Assembly: GCA_036012755.1 (NCBI GenBank) | Contig: DASCPX010000037.1 | Location: 1-64,000 of the forward strand | From: Myxococcota bacterium | GTDB taxonomy: Bacteria > Myxococcota_A > UBA796 > CAJQPC01 | DNA: 64,000 nucleotides | Direction of reading: 5' to 3' | Translations under genes and position numbers: made by a program | The notes under the pieces: model-generated | Told to the model about the DNA's origin: nothing | Database searches by the model: none | What the model saw: the letters and a program-made list of their open reading frames with translations, nothing else | Shown here: one piece after another, positions 37,969-50,203 of the stretch | Layout of the letters: each line of letters begins with the position of its first letter | Numbering within the stretch: position 1 is the stretch's first letter

Positions 37969-39077
37969 ATGCGCCGTTGTCTGCTGATCGCCGGGCTTCT
38001 CTTCGGCTGCGCCGCTGCCCTCGCGGCGATCCCCGAGCCGGATCTCCACCCGCGGGCCGAGCGCATCCTGCTCGAACAGGTGCAGGGCTGGGAGGACGCC
38101 GAGGGGGTGCCCGAGTCATTCGTGGCGATGCGCGGGATCAACGCCGAGTGGGACTTCATGGGCCGGACCTTCCTGGTCCTGTCGCTGACGAACCTCGCGC
38201 TGGAGCATCCAGAGGACAGCGAGCGGCTCCTCGGCATGGTCGACGCCCTCATCGAGGACACCGTCGCCGCCGAGGCGCTGAGAGGGCAGGAGCACTTCTT
38301 GATGCCCTATGGTCGCAACGGCGGCTGGCTCGGGAGCGGGCGGAGCCTCTTCGTGGATGGCGAGATCGCCCTGATGATGGCTGCTCGTCGGGTCGTCGAT
38401 CCCGATCGCTGGGGACCCGAGCTCCGTCCGCGGATCGACCTCATCGCGGGGGACCTCGAGGACGCCGCGCTGGCCGAGTCCTACCCGGACGAGGGCTGGC
38501 TGTTCTGCCACTCGATGGCGCTGGCCGCGCTGCGTCTCCACGACCACGTCGAGGGCACCGACCACAGCGAGCTCGCCAGCGCCTGGGTGGAGCGCGCGGA
38601 GGCGGAGCTGGTCGATCCCGACACGGGTCTCTTGATCTCCAGCTTCACCACCGATGGCCGCTGGCTCGACGGTCCAGAGGGCAGCAGCATCTTCCTTGCC
38701 GCGACGAACCTCGCCCTGGTCGATCCGGAGCTCGCCGAGGCCCAGTACGAGCTGGCCGCGGCCGAGCTCGGTGGCAACCTGGTGGGCTTCGGCTACGCCC
38801 GGGAGTGGCCCCGCAGCTGGAGCGGTCCGCTCGACGTGGACTCCGGGCCGCTGGTCCCCGTGATCGAAGCCAGCCCCAGCGCCAGCGGCTTCTTCCTCCT
38901 CGCTTCGCGGGCCTTCGACGACGGAGGCAACCACCGGCGCCTCGTGCGCTCGCTGGACGCGGCCGATGCGGTCATCGCCCTCGACGCAGAGATGGCCGCC
39001 ATGGCCGACAACCCGGTCGGCGACGCGGTCCTGCTCTACGCCTTCACCTTCGGGCCTCTCTGGGAGGAGGTCGGTCC

Positions 39078-39087
<10 letters not shown>
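37969..39087 (+). CDS. Linalool dehydratase/isomerase-like secreted (alpha/alpha)6-barrel protein
   Basis: ESYPDEGWLFCHSMALAAL, EGSS, REWP, DVDSGP motifs recalled for LinD-like homologs. Confidence 0.55.
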
Positions 39088-41549
<2,462 letters not shown>

Positions 41550-41590
41550 GAGACCTCCGAGGCAGAGAGTGTCCCATTAGGCTTGGGTCT

Positions 41591-42058
41591 GTGATCTGGC
41601 TTCTTCTCGCCTGCGAGTACACCCCCGAAGAACTCTGCGCGGGCAAGGGCCCGGAGTCCCTCGATCTCGGCGGTGGAGAGAGCGACTCCTTCGAGCCCTA
41701 TGTCGAGGGCGACGAGGCCGAGATCATGGTCCCACCCCAGGGGGGCTACGGCCTGACCTTCCGGGCCCGCACGCTGGGGCTCGTCACGAACAACGTCGTC
41801 GATCTCGACATGGAGACGGAGCACGACGGCGAGGTGATCGGGCAGTTCGCCGCCGAGGGCTGGTACGTCTACTGCCAGGAGGAGGGTCACGGCCTGTTGT
41901 GGGGGACGGCGACCCCGATCGACGAGGCCCTCTTCCCGAGCGGGGACGACCTAGCGGTGCTCGACGGCGAGACCGCCGTGATGCGCGTGACGGCGACGGA
42001 CGTCGATGGTGACACGGCGACCGGCGAGGCCACGGTCACGATGTGGCTCAGGGACTGA
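41591..42058 (+). CDS. Hypothetical lipoprotein
   Basis: MIWLLLAC; PPQGGYG motif; acidic and beta-rich. Confidence 0.7.
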   Translation: MIWLLLACEYTPEELCAGKGPESLDLGGGESDSFEPYVEGDEAEIMVPPQGGYGLTFRARTLGLVTNNVVDLDMETEHDGEVIGQFAAEGWYVYCQEEGHGLLWGTATPIDEALFPSGDDLAVLDGETAVMRVTATDVDGDTATGEATVTMWLRD

Positions 42059-42566
42059 AGCGGTCGTAGTCGGCTCGGGTGTTCATGTTGGCGAGCACGG
42101 CCCCCGTCGTGGCCTCGACGAAGGTGGCCTCCGACAGCAGCGCCGCCAGACCTCCGCGAGGGCAGGACCCGACGAGGTCCTCTGCCGAGACCAGCACTGG
42201 ATGACCGGGATCTCCCTGCCACGCGAGCACCGCCGGAGGAGTCCGGGCTGCGAGACGGGCGATGTCCTCTGCCGCGATGACCGGCGTGTCGACCGGAGTC
42301 ACGAGGACCGGGCCCCGCCGGCCTTTCGCTCCTCGGACGAGTGACTCCCATGCTCCGGTGGTCGCCCAGTCGGGGTTGTTCACGAGGGTGATGCTCGGAG
42401 GCACTGTGGAGATCAGTGGGTGTGCTCCGTCGACGACCACGACCTCGCCGAAGGGCAAGAGGCGCTCGCACCAGGCTCGGACCAGGGGGCGGCCGGCCCA
42501 GTCCAGGAGCGCCTTCGGGCGACCCATGCGCGTCGATCCGCCGGCGGCGAGGATGATGGAGAACAC
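42048..42566 (-). CDS. MobA/MocA-like nucleotidyltransferase
   Basis: ILAAGGSTRMGRPKALL, PVDTP, GHPV, NMNT. Confidence 0.85.
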   Translation of the reverse strand: MFSIILAAGGSTRMGRPKALLDWAGRPLVRAWCERLLPFGEVVVVDGAHPLISTVPPSITLVNNPDWATTGAWESLVRGAKGRRGPVLVTPVDTPVIAAEDIARLAARTPPAVLAWQGDPGHPVLVSAEDLVGSCPRGGLAALLSEATFVEATTGAVLANMNTRADYDRFSP

Positions 42567-42594
42567 GCACCGAGTCTACGGTTAGGGGGGGGCC

Positions 42595-43395
42595 ATGCTC
42601 TTCGCTCCACTGTTGGCCGCGGTCTCGCCTGCCTGCGCACCCAAGCAGCTGGGCCGGGCCTCCGGGCCCGAACGACACTACGAGATCGAGGTCTTCGCCG
42701 AGTTCGACACCACGGGCGAGGGCATCGATCTGAGTGGCTACGAGCACCAGCAGGTGCATCTCAGGGGGCACCTCCTGCTGGTCACCACCCGGGCCTTTCG
42801 AGACGGCTCCGAGGGAGACATGCTCCGCTTCGAGAGCCTCGAACATGCGCCCAGCGCCGAAGGACCGTGGGTGCGCTCGGAGCTCTCCGGCATGTCTGTA
42901 GAGCTCAGGGTCTTCGACACGGGCGAGATCCTCGCGGTCCGGGACGCGGAGCACCTCGCGGGGGCCCCCCGCCACGGCGAGGTCTTCGACGTCCTCCTCC
43001 CCGCGCTGTCCCCGGTCGTCCCGGCGGTGAGACCCGGGGACGAGTCCTGGAGGAGGACCTCCTGGCCCTTCGAGGTGGGCTACCAGCGCGGCTGGCGGAA
43101 CAACCTCACGGCGCTCTGGAAGAACGAGGGCATCGAGGACGTCGAGCTCGGACGGAGCGCCCACCTGAGCTACGCCGGCCAGCTCGAGGGCGAGGGCTCC
43201 GACGCTCGCATGGAGGCCGAGGTGACCATCGGCGGCGAGGTCGCCGGAGAGGTCTGGATGAGGACCTCGGATGCCCGATTGGTGAGGCACGAGCTCGACT
43301 GGACGCGCACCGTCCACGCTAGCTACTCCAGCGGTGTCGAGCTGGAGCAGGCCCAGCACTTCGTCGTCTCCGCCAGGCTCGTGGAGGTCCCATGA
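42595..43395 (+). CDS. Hypothetical lipoprotein (beta-rich)
   Basis: Hydrophobic leader ending SPA-C; coding-like codon pattern; coupled to the next gene. Confidence 0.65.
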   Translation: MLFAPLLAAVSPACAPKQLGRASGPERHYEIEVFAEFDTTGEGIDLSGYEHQQVHLRGHLLLVTTRAFRDGSEGDMLRFESLEHAPSAEGPWVRSELSGMSVELRVFDTGEILAVRDAEHLAGAPRHGEVFDVLLPALSPVVPAVRPGDESWRRTSWPFEVGYQRGWRNNLTALWKNEGIEDVELGRSAHLSYAGQLEGEGSDARMEAEVTIGGEVAGEVWMRTSDARLVRHELDWTRTVHASYSSGVELEQAQHFVVSARLVEVP

Positions 43396-43865
43396 TGTGG
43401 CTGAGCGTCGCCTTCGCGGCTCCACCTGCCGACGACGACGCCCCGACCGGCCGGTACCTGAGTCCGGTCGAGATCCATGGTCTGGTGATCGAGCAGCTCG
43501 AGGTCCTTGGCAGCTGCTACGAGCACTCGGCCGAGGCCCGCGCCCGGACGGAGCTCGGCGATGTCTACCTCACATGGGTCATTCGTCCTGACGGCAGCGT
43601 GACCGACGCGCGCATCCACGAGTCCAGCAGCGGGCTCCCGGAGCTCGACGCCTGCCTCCTCGAGGCGGCCGGACGGCTCCACTTTCGCGCTCACGACGAG
43701 CCGGGGATCGACGTCGGCTACCCGATGGTCTGGCTGGACGCGACGCTCCAGCCTTTTCCGATGGTCTACGTGAAGGAGCGTCCCCTGGATCTGCTCTTCT
43801 TCTACCTGCCCGAGGAGCCGGTGTACGTAGACATCCTGAAGCCCAGGCCGGACCCGGAACGGTGA
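43392..43865 (+). CDS. Secreted stand-alone AgmX/PglI-type (TonB-C-like) domain protein
   Basis: CYE...GDVYLTWVIRPDGSVTDA...LDACL...F...VGYP, same pattern as the GltG C-terminus. Confidence 0.7.
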   Translation: MMWLSVAFAAPPADDDAPTGRYLSPVEIHGLVIEQLEVLGSCYEHSAEARARTELGDVYLTWVIRPDGSVTDARIHESSSGLPELDACLLEAAGRLHFRAHDEPGIDVGYPMVWLDATLQPFPMVYVKERPLDLLFFYLPEEPVYVDILKPRPDPER

Positions 43866-43893
43866 TAGGGTCACAGGCTCCCGGAGACCGATC

Positions 43894-46800
43894 GTGGACG
43901 TCCTCGACTGGCTGAACAACGTCCTCTCCGAGGCCCGCTGGCTGCGGACCCCGGAGGAGGCGCTGGCGCTGCTCCCGGACATCGGCGTCGACGCCCCCGC
44001 CCAGGTCTCCCTGCTCGAGGGACGGGACCAGTACCGCGGCTTCCCGGTCGCGTTCGCGGATCGCATCCGCGAGCCGTTGGCCAGCTTCCTCGTCAAGCGC
44101 ATCTCGGAGCAGGTCGAGGACCGGGGCGGGGAGCAGCTCAATGACCTCTGTCCGGAGAGACTCGGCCGTGACAGCCTGGTGCTCGCGCTCGCCGAGCTGC
44201 TTGTCGAGGCCGGGGAGCTCGGCCAGCGCTCGACCTCCCTGGTCATGCTCGAGCTGGCCCGTCAGTGCGGTGCCCTGTGCACGGGGGACCTCTCCGGCAT
44301 CGAGAGGCGCATGCCCGCCGTGCAGGCGCAGCTCGCCCGGTGCTTGCCGCGGTTGTCCCGCATGGAGCCGGATCGCCGGGGAGCTGCCCTCGCTTGCGTG
44401 GCGTGGTCCCTGTCGGCGCGGCTGTCCTTCGCCTGGGCCATGGCCGGCAAGCTCAACCCCGTCGTGCGCCCCACTCGCCTCCACCAGGCCCTGGTCGCCA
44501 ACAAGGTGGCGCTCGTCATCGCTCACGGGCGACTGGAGCTGCCTCGCGACGCATCGTTGTTGGCAGCCGTCGCCGGCATCAAGACGGGACGTGAGCAGCT
44601 CGAGGCCGTGCACACCGGCGTCGCGGCGGCCTGTCGGCACGCCTTCTCGACGGACACCGCCTCCGCAAAGGCCCTGCGGGACCTGGCCGGCACCCGCAGC
44701 GATCCTGCGAGCCTGGCGCTGGACCCCGCCATCGCCAGCTGGGTCCTGAACGACCTCGAGGAGATCGCGCCTGGCCGGGTGTTGACCGGGGCCGGAGTCA
44801 GCCGCAGCCAGCTTCGCATCCTCACGGACCGAAGGGCCATTCCGGCGCTCGCCGCAGGCTATGCGCGAATGTGTCGGGTCGCTCGGGCCTGGGATCTGCT
44901 GTCATGCGCCGCCAACCGCTGCGTGCCCATCGAAGTGGGCGAGAAGAAGGTCCGATGCGCGATGGGTGACCTCCACGGCAGGCCATATCGCCTGCTGGCG
45001 CCGAGGGGGGAGCGGTTCCAGGCCGAGACCTACGTAGTCGGCGTCAACAGGGACCTGCTCTTCGAGGCGGCGGCGAACAAGGCCGCCGACCGCGGTGTGG
45101 CCGTCTACGCGGCGCTGTCCGCGATCTGGCGCTCGCTCGAAGAGGCTGCGCTCCATGGTGATGGGGCCATTTCGCCAGCGGACGGTCCTTGGTACGCGGC
45201 CTTCCCCACGGGAAAGGCCGCCGAGGAATTCGAGAGGCAGGTCGAACGCCGCTTCCGTTCTCCCTTGCAGCTGGACCTGGCGCCCCTCGGGCCGGTGGTC
45301 TCTCTCGACTCGACGGTCGGCATCCGGATCGAGGGCGGTGTCTGCGTCGGCGGGTGGGACGGCGAGACCCTGCGGCTCCGGGGTGCGGCGGTCGACAAGG
45401 CCCTCGGCGCCGAGACCGGAGGCAGGGCCGACCTCGGCGCGCTCGGCGACGCCCTCTCTCGCCAGGCTGCCGCTGCGGCTTCCCCACCGCCTCCCCCGGA
45501 GGAGCCACGCCCGGCGATCTCCACCTTGGACCCGCCGACCCAGGACCCCTTCACCAGCCTGGTTCCTCCGGTCGAGGAGAGCCGCCCCTCCGACATCGGC
45601 TTTTCCTCCGGCTCGGCCCCTGTGTCTCGCCCCCTCGCGGAGGAGACCTCGATCGACATGTTCTCTACCTCGATCGACTCCCTGGACTCGGACCTGTCCT
45701 TTGGCGGGGACGACCCCTTCAGCTCCTCGGCCCCCGGCGAGCCCCAGCCGTCCTACTCCGGGGCAGACGACCCCTTCGCTACGATGCAGCCGGATCTGGG
45801 CCAGTTCTCCTCGAAGACCTCTCTACCGCCGAGCCCGGAGGCGGACGAAGACGCCTTCGCCGGGATCGAGCGCGAGGAGGTCCGGGGAGCCCTCGGCGGG
45901 CCCTCCGATGACCCGCTGATCTCCAACCCGCCCATCGGCGAGGACAGCCTCGGCCTCGCGGAGGAAGCGACGAGGGACGGCCCCTTCTCCGAGACCGTCG
46001 ACTCGATCGACGAGAGCTCCCGGGACATGGACATGGAGATCGTCGACGACGATGACTCCGAGGTCGTCGCCGATCCCGACTCCGCGGGGATCTTCTTCCT
46101 GCCGCCGCCGACGAAGGAGCAGCTCGAGAATCTCGGCGCTCGCCTCGACACGCCCCCCAAGCTTGCGGACTTGCGCGGTCTGGAGCCATTGCCGGAGCCT
46201 CCGGCAGACGAAGGCGCTCGCACGCTGGTGCCCGAGCGCAGCCTCGACAGCCTGGACGCGAGCCTGGACAGACCAGCGACGCTGGTGCCCGAGGTGAGCG
46301 TCGACGCGGCCGCCGGCACGCTCGTGCCGGATGACCTCGCCCCCTATGACTTCGAAGACGAGGAGCGGGAAGAGGCCCGCGTGAGCCTCAATCCGACCAT
46401 CGCCGAGGCGGACAACCTCCTCAACATCGAGTCGGCCGATTCGGAGTTCGGCTTCACGCGCAAGGGAGCCGGGGACCTGGACGAGGCCCTCGAGCAGCTG
46501 GTCGACAGCCAGGAGGTCGTCCTGGACCAGCCCTCCGAGGACAGGGACCTGGGGCTGACCGAGACCGGCTTCATGGTCTCTGGTCCAGCCGCGGTCGACC
46601 CACACCAGGGAGAGGACCCCTTTGGCTTCGCGGAGGCGGACGATTCTGCGGCCGATGCGGACCCCTTCGCCGTGGCCGACGCGCGTGACTCGCTGCCGGT
46701 CGACATCGGCGGCGTCGGGGTGAGCTCGGACGACGTCCGGCACCTCTTCGAGGGCTACGTGTGGCTCGAGCACGAGGGCACGCTGGTCTTCGGTCGCCGC

Positions 46801-47004
46801 TACGGCGACGATCGTCTCGTCGATGTCCACCGCTACGAACTGGGGGGGGCGCTCGCCGACGCGTACCGCAGCTTCGTGCACGACAAGGCAGAAGAGCGCT
46901 TCATCCCACAGACCGCCTCGCTGTTGGTGCTCACAGACGGTACGCCCCTGAACGATGTCGACATCGGGCACCTGAAGGAAGCTCTGGCCGCCGGAGGTTC
47001 CTAG
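43894..47004 (+). CDS. Large hypothetical cytoplasmic protein with a long acidic low-complexity region
   Basis: 1036-aa ORF with GGAGA RBS; folded N-half, D/E/P/S-rich C-half, small C-terminal domain. Confidence 0.75.
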   Translation: MDVLDWLNNVLSEARWLRTPEEALALLPDIGVDAPAQVSLLEGRDQYRGFPVAFADRIREPLASFLVKRISEQVEDRGGEQLNDLCPERLGRDSLVLALAELLVEAGELGQRSTSLVMLELARQCGALCTGDLSGIERRMPAVQAQLARCLPRLSRMEPDRRGAALACVAWSLSARLSFAWAMAGKLNPVVRPTRLHQALVANKVALVIAHGRLELPRDASLLAAVAGIKTGREQLEAVHTGVAAACRHAFSTDTASAKALRDLAGTRSDPASLALDPAIASWVLNDLEEIAPGRVLTGAGVSRSQLRILTDRRAIPALAAGYARMCRVARAWDLLSCAANRCVPIEVGEKKVRCAMGDLHGRPYRLLAPRGERFQAETYVVGVNRDLLFEAAANKAADRGVAVYAALSAIWRSLEEAALHGDGAISPADGPWYAAFPTGKAAEEFERQVERRFRSPLQLDLAPLGPVVSLDSTVGIRIEGGVCVGGWDGETLRLRGAAVDKALGAETGGRADLGALGDALSRQAAAAASPPPPPEEPRPAISTLDPPTQDPFTSLVPPVEESRPSDIGFSSGSAPVSRPLAEETSIDMFSTSIDSLDSDLSFGGDDPFSSSAPGEPQPSYSGADDPFATMQPDLGQFSSKTSLPPSPEADEDAFAGIEREEVRGALGGPSDDPLISNPPIGEDSLGLAEEATRDGPFSETVDSIDESSRDMDMEIVDDDDSEVVADPDSAGIFFLPPPTKEQLENLGARLDTPPKLADLRGLEPLPEPPADEGARTLVPERSLDSLDASLDRPATLVPEVSVDAAAGTLVPDDLAPYDFEDEEREEARVSLNPTIAEADNLLNIESADSEFGFTRKGAGDLDEALEQLVDSQEVVLDQPSEDRDLGLTETGFMVSGPAAVDPHQGEDPFGFAEADDSAADADPFAVADARDSLPVDIGGVGVSSDDVRHLFEGYVWLEHEGTLVFGRRYGDDRLVDVHRYELGGALADAYRSFVHDKAEERFIPQTASLLVLTDGTPLNDVDIGHLKEALAAGGS

Positions 47005-47048
47005 GGCTAAGGGGCGGGTCTCGCGGCGGATGCCGAAAGGAGGCCACT

Positions 47049-47567
47049 ATGAGGCTCTATCGCACCAAGATCCCGGCGATTGCCAACTCGGTCATCGAGT
47101 CGCTCGACGCCAATGGCAGCATCGAGGTCTTGTCCGAGAACAAGGGCGAGGCGGAGAAGGACCTGATCTCCATCATGGAGGAGTACCTTCGTCGCGACTA
47201 CCAGCTGCGGGACAACGTGAAGGAGTCGATGGCCGCGGGCGGGATCTCCTACGACCAGTACGGCAAGTTCCGGTCGCGGCTCGCGGAAGAGTGGAACCAC
47301 CCGACCGGAGAAGCGGTCGCAAAGTACCTGGCCCGCCAGTTCATCGAGAACTTCATGATCAGCAACTTCGTCGAAGAGGTCTACGCAGAGGACGGCATCC
47401 TCTGGCGCCGCACCCTCGATCTGATCCGCGCCCACGATGTCGACGAGAACGCGCTGCGCGAAGAGGCCAAGGCCGCAATCAAGAACATCTCCGAGGGCAC
47501 GGTCGACTACGAGATCGCGCTCCAGCGCTCCATCCGTGACGTGAAGAAGCGGAGGGGGCTCATCTGA
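47049..47567 (+). CDS. DUF507-like protein
   Basis: AGGAGG RBS; MRLY... start, EEVYAED, EGTVDYEI...KKRRGL end. Confidence 0.75.
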   Translation: MRLYRTKIPAIANSVIESLDANGSIEVLSENKGEAEKDLISIMEEYLRRDYQLRDNVKESMAAGGISYDQYGKFRSRLAEEWNHPTGEAVAKYLARQFIENFMISNFVEEVYAEDGILWRRTLDLIRAHDVDENALREEAKAAIKNISEGTVDYEIALQRSIRDVKKRRGLI

Positions 47568-48217
47568 GCTGGTTGTTGTTGCTGGCGTGTCCGGGCGAGC
47601 CGGACGCGGAGTCCGTTACTCAGCCGCCCACGAGACAAGAGGCCCTCGCGGCGCTCGAAGTCCAGCCCGCCCCTGCGCCGATCGAGGCCCCGGAGGCTCC
47701 TGAGGAGCTGGTTCCGGTCGAGATCACCTGGGACGGCATCGGCCCGCTGCACAAGGGCTACTTTCAGGACCGCGAGGCGATGACGCAGCTGTCGGGGGAC
47801 CTCGCGCCCTGGCTCTCCGAGACCGTGCAGCTCCACATCCGGTACGACTCGGAGGAGTTCATCGGCGACATCGTCATCCGCATCCCGCCGGGAGAGCTCA
47901 GGACCCTGCCCGCCGTGGAGGGGGGGCGCGTCGAGCTGGCGACGCTGGCGCCGCTGACCACGGCGCTGGGCACCTATCGGGACGCTCTCGCCGCGCGCTT
48001 CGACCTGCGCATCGCCAGCTTCCGCATCGGGCTCGAGACCTACCGGGGGCCGACGCACTGTCGCTTCGGCGCAGCGGGAACCCACCCTCCAGACGGTACG
48101 GTCGTCTCCCCCTGTGTGCTGATCAACGGGATCGAGCACTGCGGTCTCCCCGAAGCTGGCGGCGTGCGGTTCGATACGACGCCCGCCGACCAGCTCGAGG
48201 TGTGCCTGGGGGAGTGA
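47564..48217 (+). CDS. Hypothetical lipoprotein
   Basis: WLLLLAC lipobox; start CTG 47564 or TTG 47573. Confidence 0.65.
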   Translation: MSWLLLLACPGEPDAESVTQPPTRQEALAALEVQPAPAPIEAPEAPEELVPVEITWDGIGPLHKGYFQDREAMTQLSGDLAPWLSETVQLHIRYDSEEFIGDIVIRIPPGELRTLPAVEGGRVELATLAPLTTALGTYRDALAARFDLRIASFRIGLETYRGPTHCRFGAAGTHPPDGTVVSPCVLINGIEHCGLPEAGGVRFDTTPADQLEVCLGE

Positions 48218-48231
48218 CCCCCCCCGGGGGG

Positions 48232-48957
48232 CTAGTCAGGCTCGATGATGGACTGGAGCTTGCTGTAGAGGCGAGCTTTCATCCGGGTGTGGAGCTGACT
48301 CACGCGGCTCTCGGTCACTCCCAGGATCTGGCCGATCTCCCTGAAGGTCAGGTCCTGGAAGTAGTAGAGCTCGACCAGGTAGCGCTCGCGCTCCGGGAGA
48401 CCAGTCACGGCCTCTCGGACCATCGACGCCACGTGGCTCCTGGTGGCTTCGTCCGCCGGGCAGGCGGCGTCGCCAACGAGGCTGTCGCCGATCGTGTCTT
48501 CGCTGTGCGGGTTTTCCTCCTCCATCGAGACCAGAGCCCGGAGGGTGGAGTCCTTGATCATGTCGCGCAGGCGCTCGACGGTGATCTCCATCCCGGCAGC
48601 CCACTCAACGTGGGTGGGCTCCCTGCCCAGCTTGAGACGCAGCGCTTCGCGAGCGACCTTGAGGGCGTGGTGGCGGGTCCGGACCGAGCGTGGCACCCAG
48701 TCCTCCTTGCGGAGTTCGTCCAGGATGGCTCCTTGGACGCGTATGCGGGCGTAGGCGGAGAATGAAATCCTCCGGTCCTCTTCGAAGCGATCGACCGCGT
48801 CGATCAGCCCGATGGTGCCGATGGTGACGAGGTCATCAGCCTCGACGCAGCTTGGAAAGCGGCTCACCATGCGGTACGCCACTTGGCGGACCATCGGGTA
48901 ATGCGCGAGGATCAGTTCCTCGCGGCGGTCGTCTGTTCTCCTGGCAAAAGCTGTCAT
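48232..48957 (-). CDS. fliA: FliA/WhiG family (sigma28-type) RNA polymerase sigma factor
   Basis: GLIDAVDRF, RIRVQGAILDELRKEDWVPRS, EIGQILGVTESRVSQLH. Confidence 0.92.
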   Translation of the reverse strand: MTAFARRTDDRREELILAHYPMVRQVAYRMVSRFPSCVEADDLVTIGTIGLIDAVDRFEEDRRISFSAYARIRVQGAILDELRKEDWVPRSVRTRHHALKVAREALRLKLGREPTHVEWAAGMEITVERLRDMIKDSTLRALVSMEEENPHSEDTIGDSLVGDAACPADEATRSHVASMVREAVTGLPERERYLVELYYFQDLTFREIGQILGVTESRVSQLHTRMKARLYSKLQSIIEPD

Positions 48958-48996
48958 TTGTTCCTCCTCGTCGACTCATCGTCGTCGGAAAGGAAC

Positions 48997-49011
48997 GCAA
49001 GGCCCGTGCCA
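48997..49011 (-). promoter_or_regulatory. sigma54 -24/-12 promoter of the fliA-like gene
   Basis: TGGCACG-GGCC-TTGC, a full consensus match, 40 nt upstream of an ATG with GAGGAGG RBS. Confidence 0.8.
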
Positions 49012-49075
49012 GGGGGGTTATGTCAGCAAGTTCAAGTAGTTAGCCGGAATTTGAGCTCCGAAGGTGAGTCAAAAC

Positions 49076-50203
49076 TCATCCCCCGATCGGTTGGGGGGTG
49101 TCGGCGTATCCGGTTTGCGCCACGACCTTCTCCATGCCCATGGGCGTCTCGCCGTTTCCGGCCATTCGGAGGCGCTCGTGGAGCTGCGTGATGGCGACGT
49201 TCCGGTTCATCTCCTTGCCCTCGAGGCCCCAGAGGACGAAGGAGGCGTAGAGCAGCTCCGGCTGGTAGGGGTACCACTGGAACTTGCTCCCGTAGAAGGA
49301 CGTGAAGCGCCAGCGCTCGGACTGATCCCGGTCCCAGACCTCGATGACCGGCGGGCTGACTTCGGTCATGACCCACTCGGGTTGCTTGGCCAGCCACTCC
49401 TCCATGCGACGCAGCTCGCGCTCCCTGGCGTCCTCTGAGAGCTCGTTCCAGCTGCGCTGATCGAAGGGCGAGATGGGCTCGCCCAGCTTCTCCAGCGCCA
49501 CGTAGCGCCCAGCCGGGTGGATCGAGCCGCGCGTAGCGTCAGGGAAGGTCTCGAGCAGGCCCCCATCGGCCGTGAAGGTCCGCACCGTGTCGCCCTCGCC
49601 GACGGCGAGCTGCTGCATCGCGGGCTCGTAGGTGAAGGTGTCCGCCGAGGTCACGAACGGGAAGATCGGAGCGACGGTCATCTCGGTGAAGTTCGCGACG
49701 AAGATCCGGCGCGCGCCCTCGGACTCCGCTGTGAAGTAGACGCTGTCGGCCGATCCCGTCGGCATCAGGTCCCGAGGGTCCTCCACATCCAGCTCGAGCT
49801 CGATGACGGACGCCTGCATGCGGTCGAAGCGGAGCATGCGCTGCTTCGTCCCACCCTTCGGCGGTGCGATGGGGAAGACGAGGTATTCCCTGGCCATCCA
49901 GGCGGCGTCGCCCACCGGGACCTCTGTGGGCACCGTGCCGATGGTCTTGTCGACGCCGTTGAGGATGTGGGCGCTCATCGGTAGCTGGAAGTAGAGCTGC
50001 ACGCCGTCGGGGGCCCAGCGGTAGTGGACGAAGTTGTTCGATCCGCAGGGCTCGAAGGCGGTCTGGATGTTGTGCTTGCCGGCCAGGAAACGCAGCTCGG
50101 TGTCGCGGCAGTCTTCGTAGGCGTTGTAGACGTTTTCGCTGAACGTGCTGGTCTGGTAGAGGTCGTCGCGGTCACAGCCAGCGAGCGTCAAGAGCAGGAA
50201 CAT
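49076..50203 (-). CDS. Hypothetical lipoprotein, probable TolB-like beta-propeller
   Basis: MFLLLTLAGC; WAPDGVQLYF and IHPAGRYVAL blade-like motifs. Confidence 0.65.
   Translation of the reverse strand: MFLLLTLAGCDRDDLYQTSTFSENVYNAYEDCRDTELRFLAGKHNIQTAFEPCGSNNFVHYRWAPDGVQLYFQLPMSAHILNGVDKTIGTVPTEVPVGDAAWMAREYLVFPIAPPKGGTKQRMLRFDRMQASVIELELDVEDPRDLMPTGSADSVYFTAESEGARRIFVANFTEMTVAPIFPFVTSADTFTYEPAMQQLAVGEGDTVRTFTADGGLLETFPDATRGSIHPAGRYVALEKLGEPISPFDQRSWNELSEDARERELRRMEEWLAKQPEWVMTEVSPPVIEVWDRDQSERWRFTSFYGSKFQWYPYQPELLYASFVLWGLEGKEMNRNVAITQLHERLRMAGNGETPMGMEKVVAQTGYADTPQPIGG

Noticed and set aside
47006..47040. sigma28 promoter before the DUF507 gene (TAAG...GCCGAAAG)
   Set aside because: The spacer is 20 nt rather than about 15.
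48218..48231. C8-G6 run between convergent stops as a terminator
   Set aside because: Short stem with no U tract on either strand; insufficient support.
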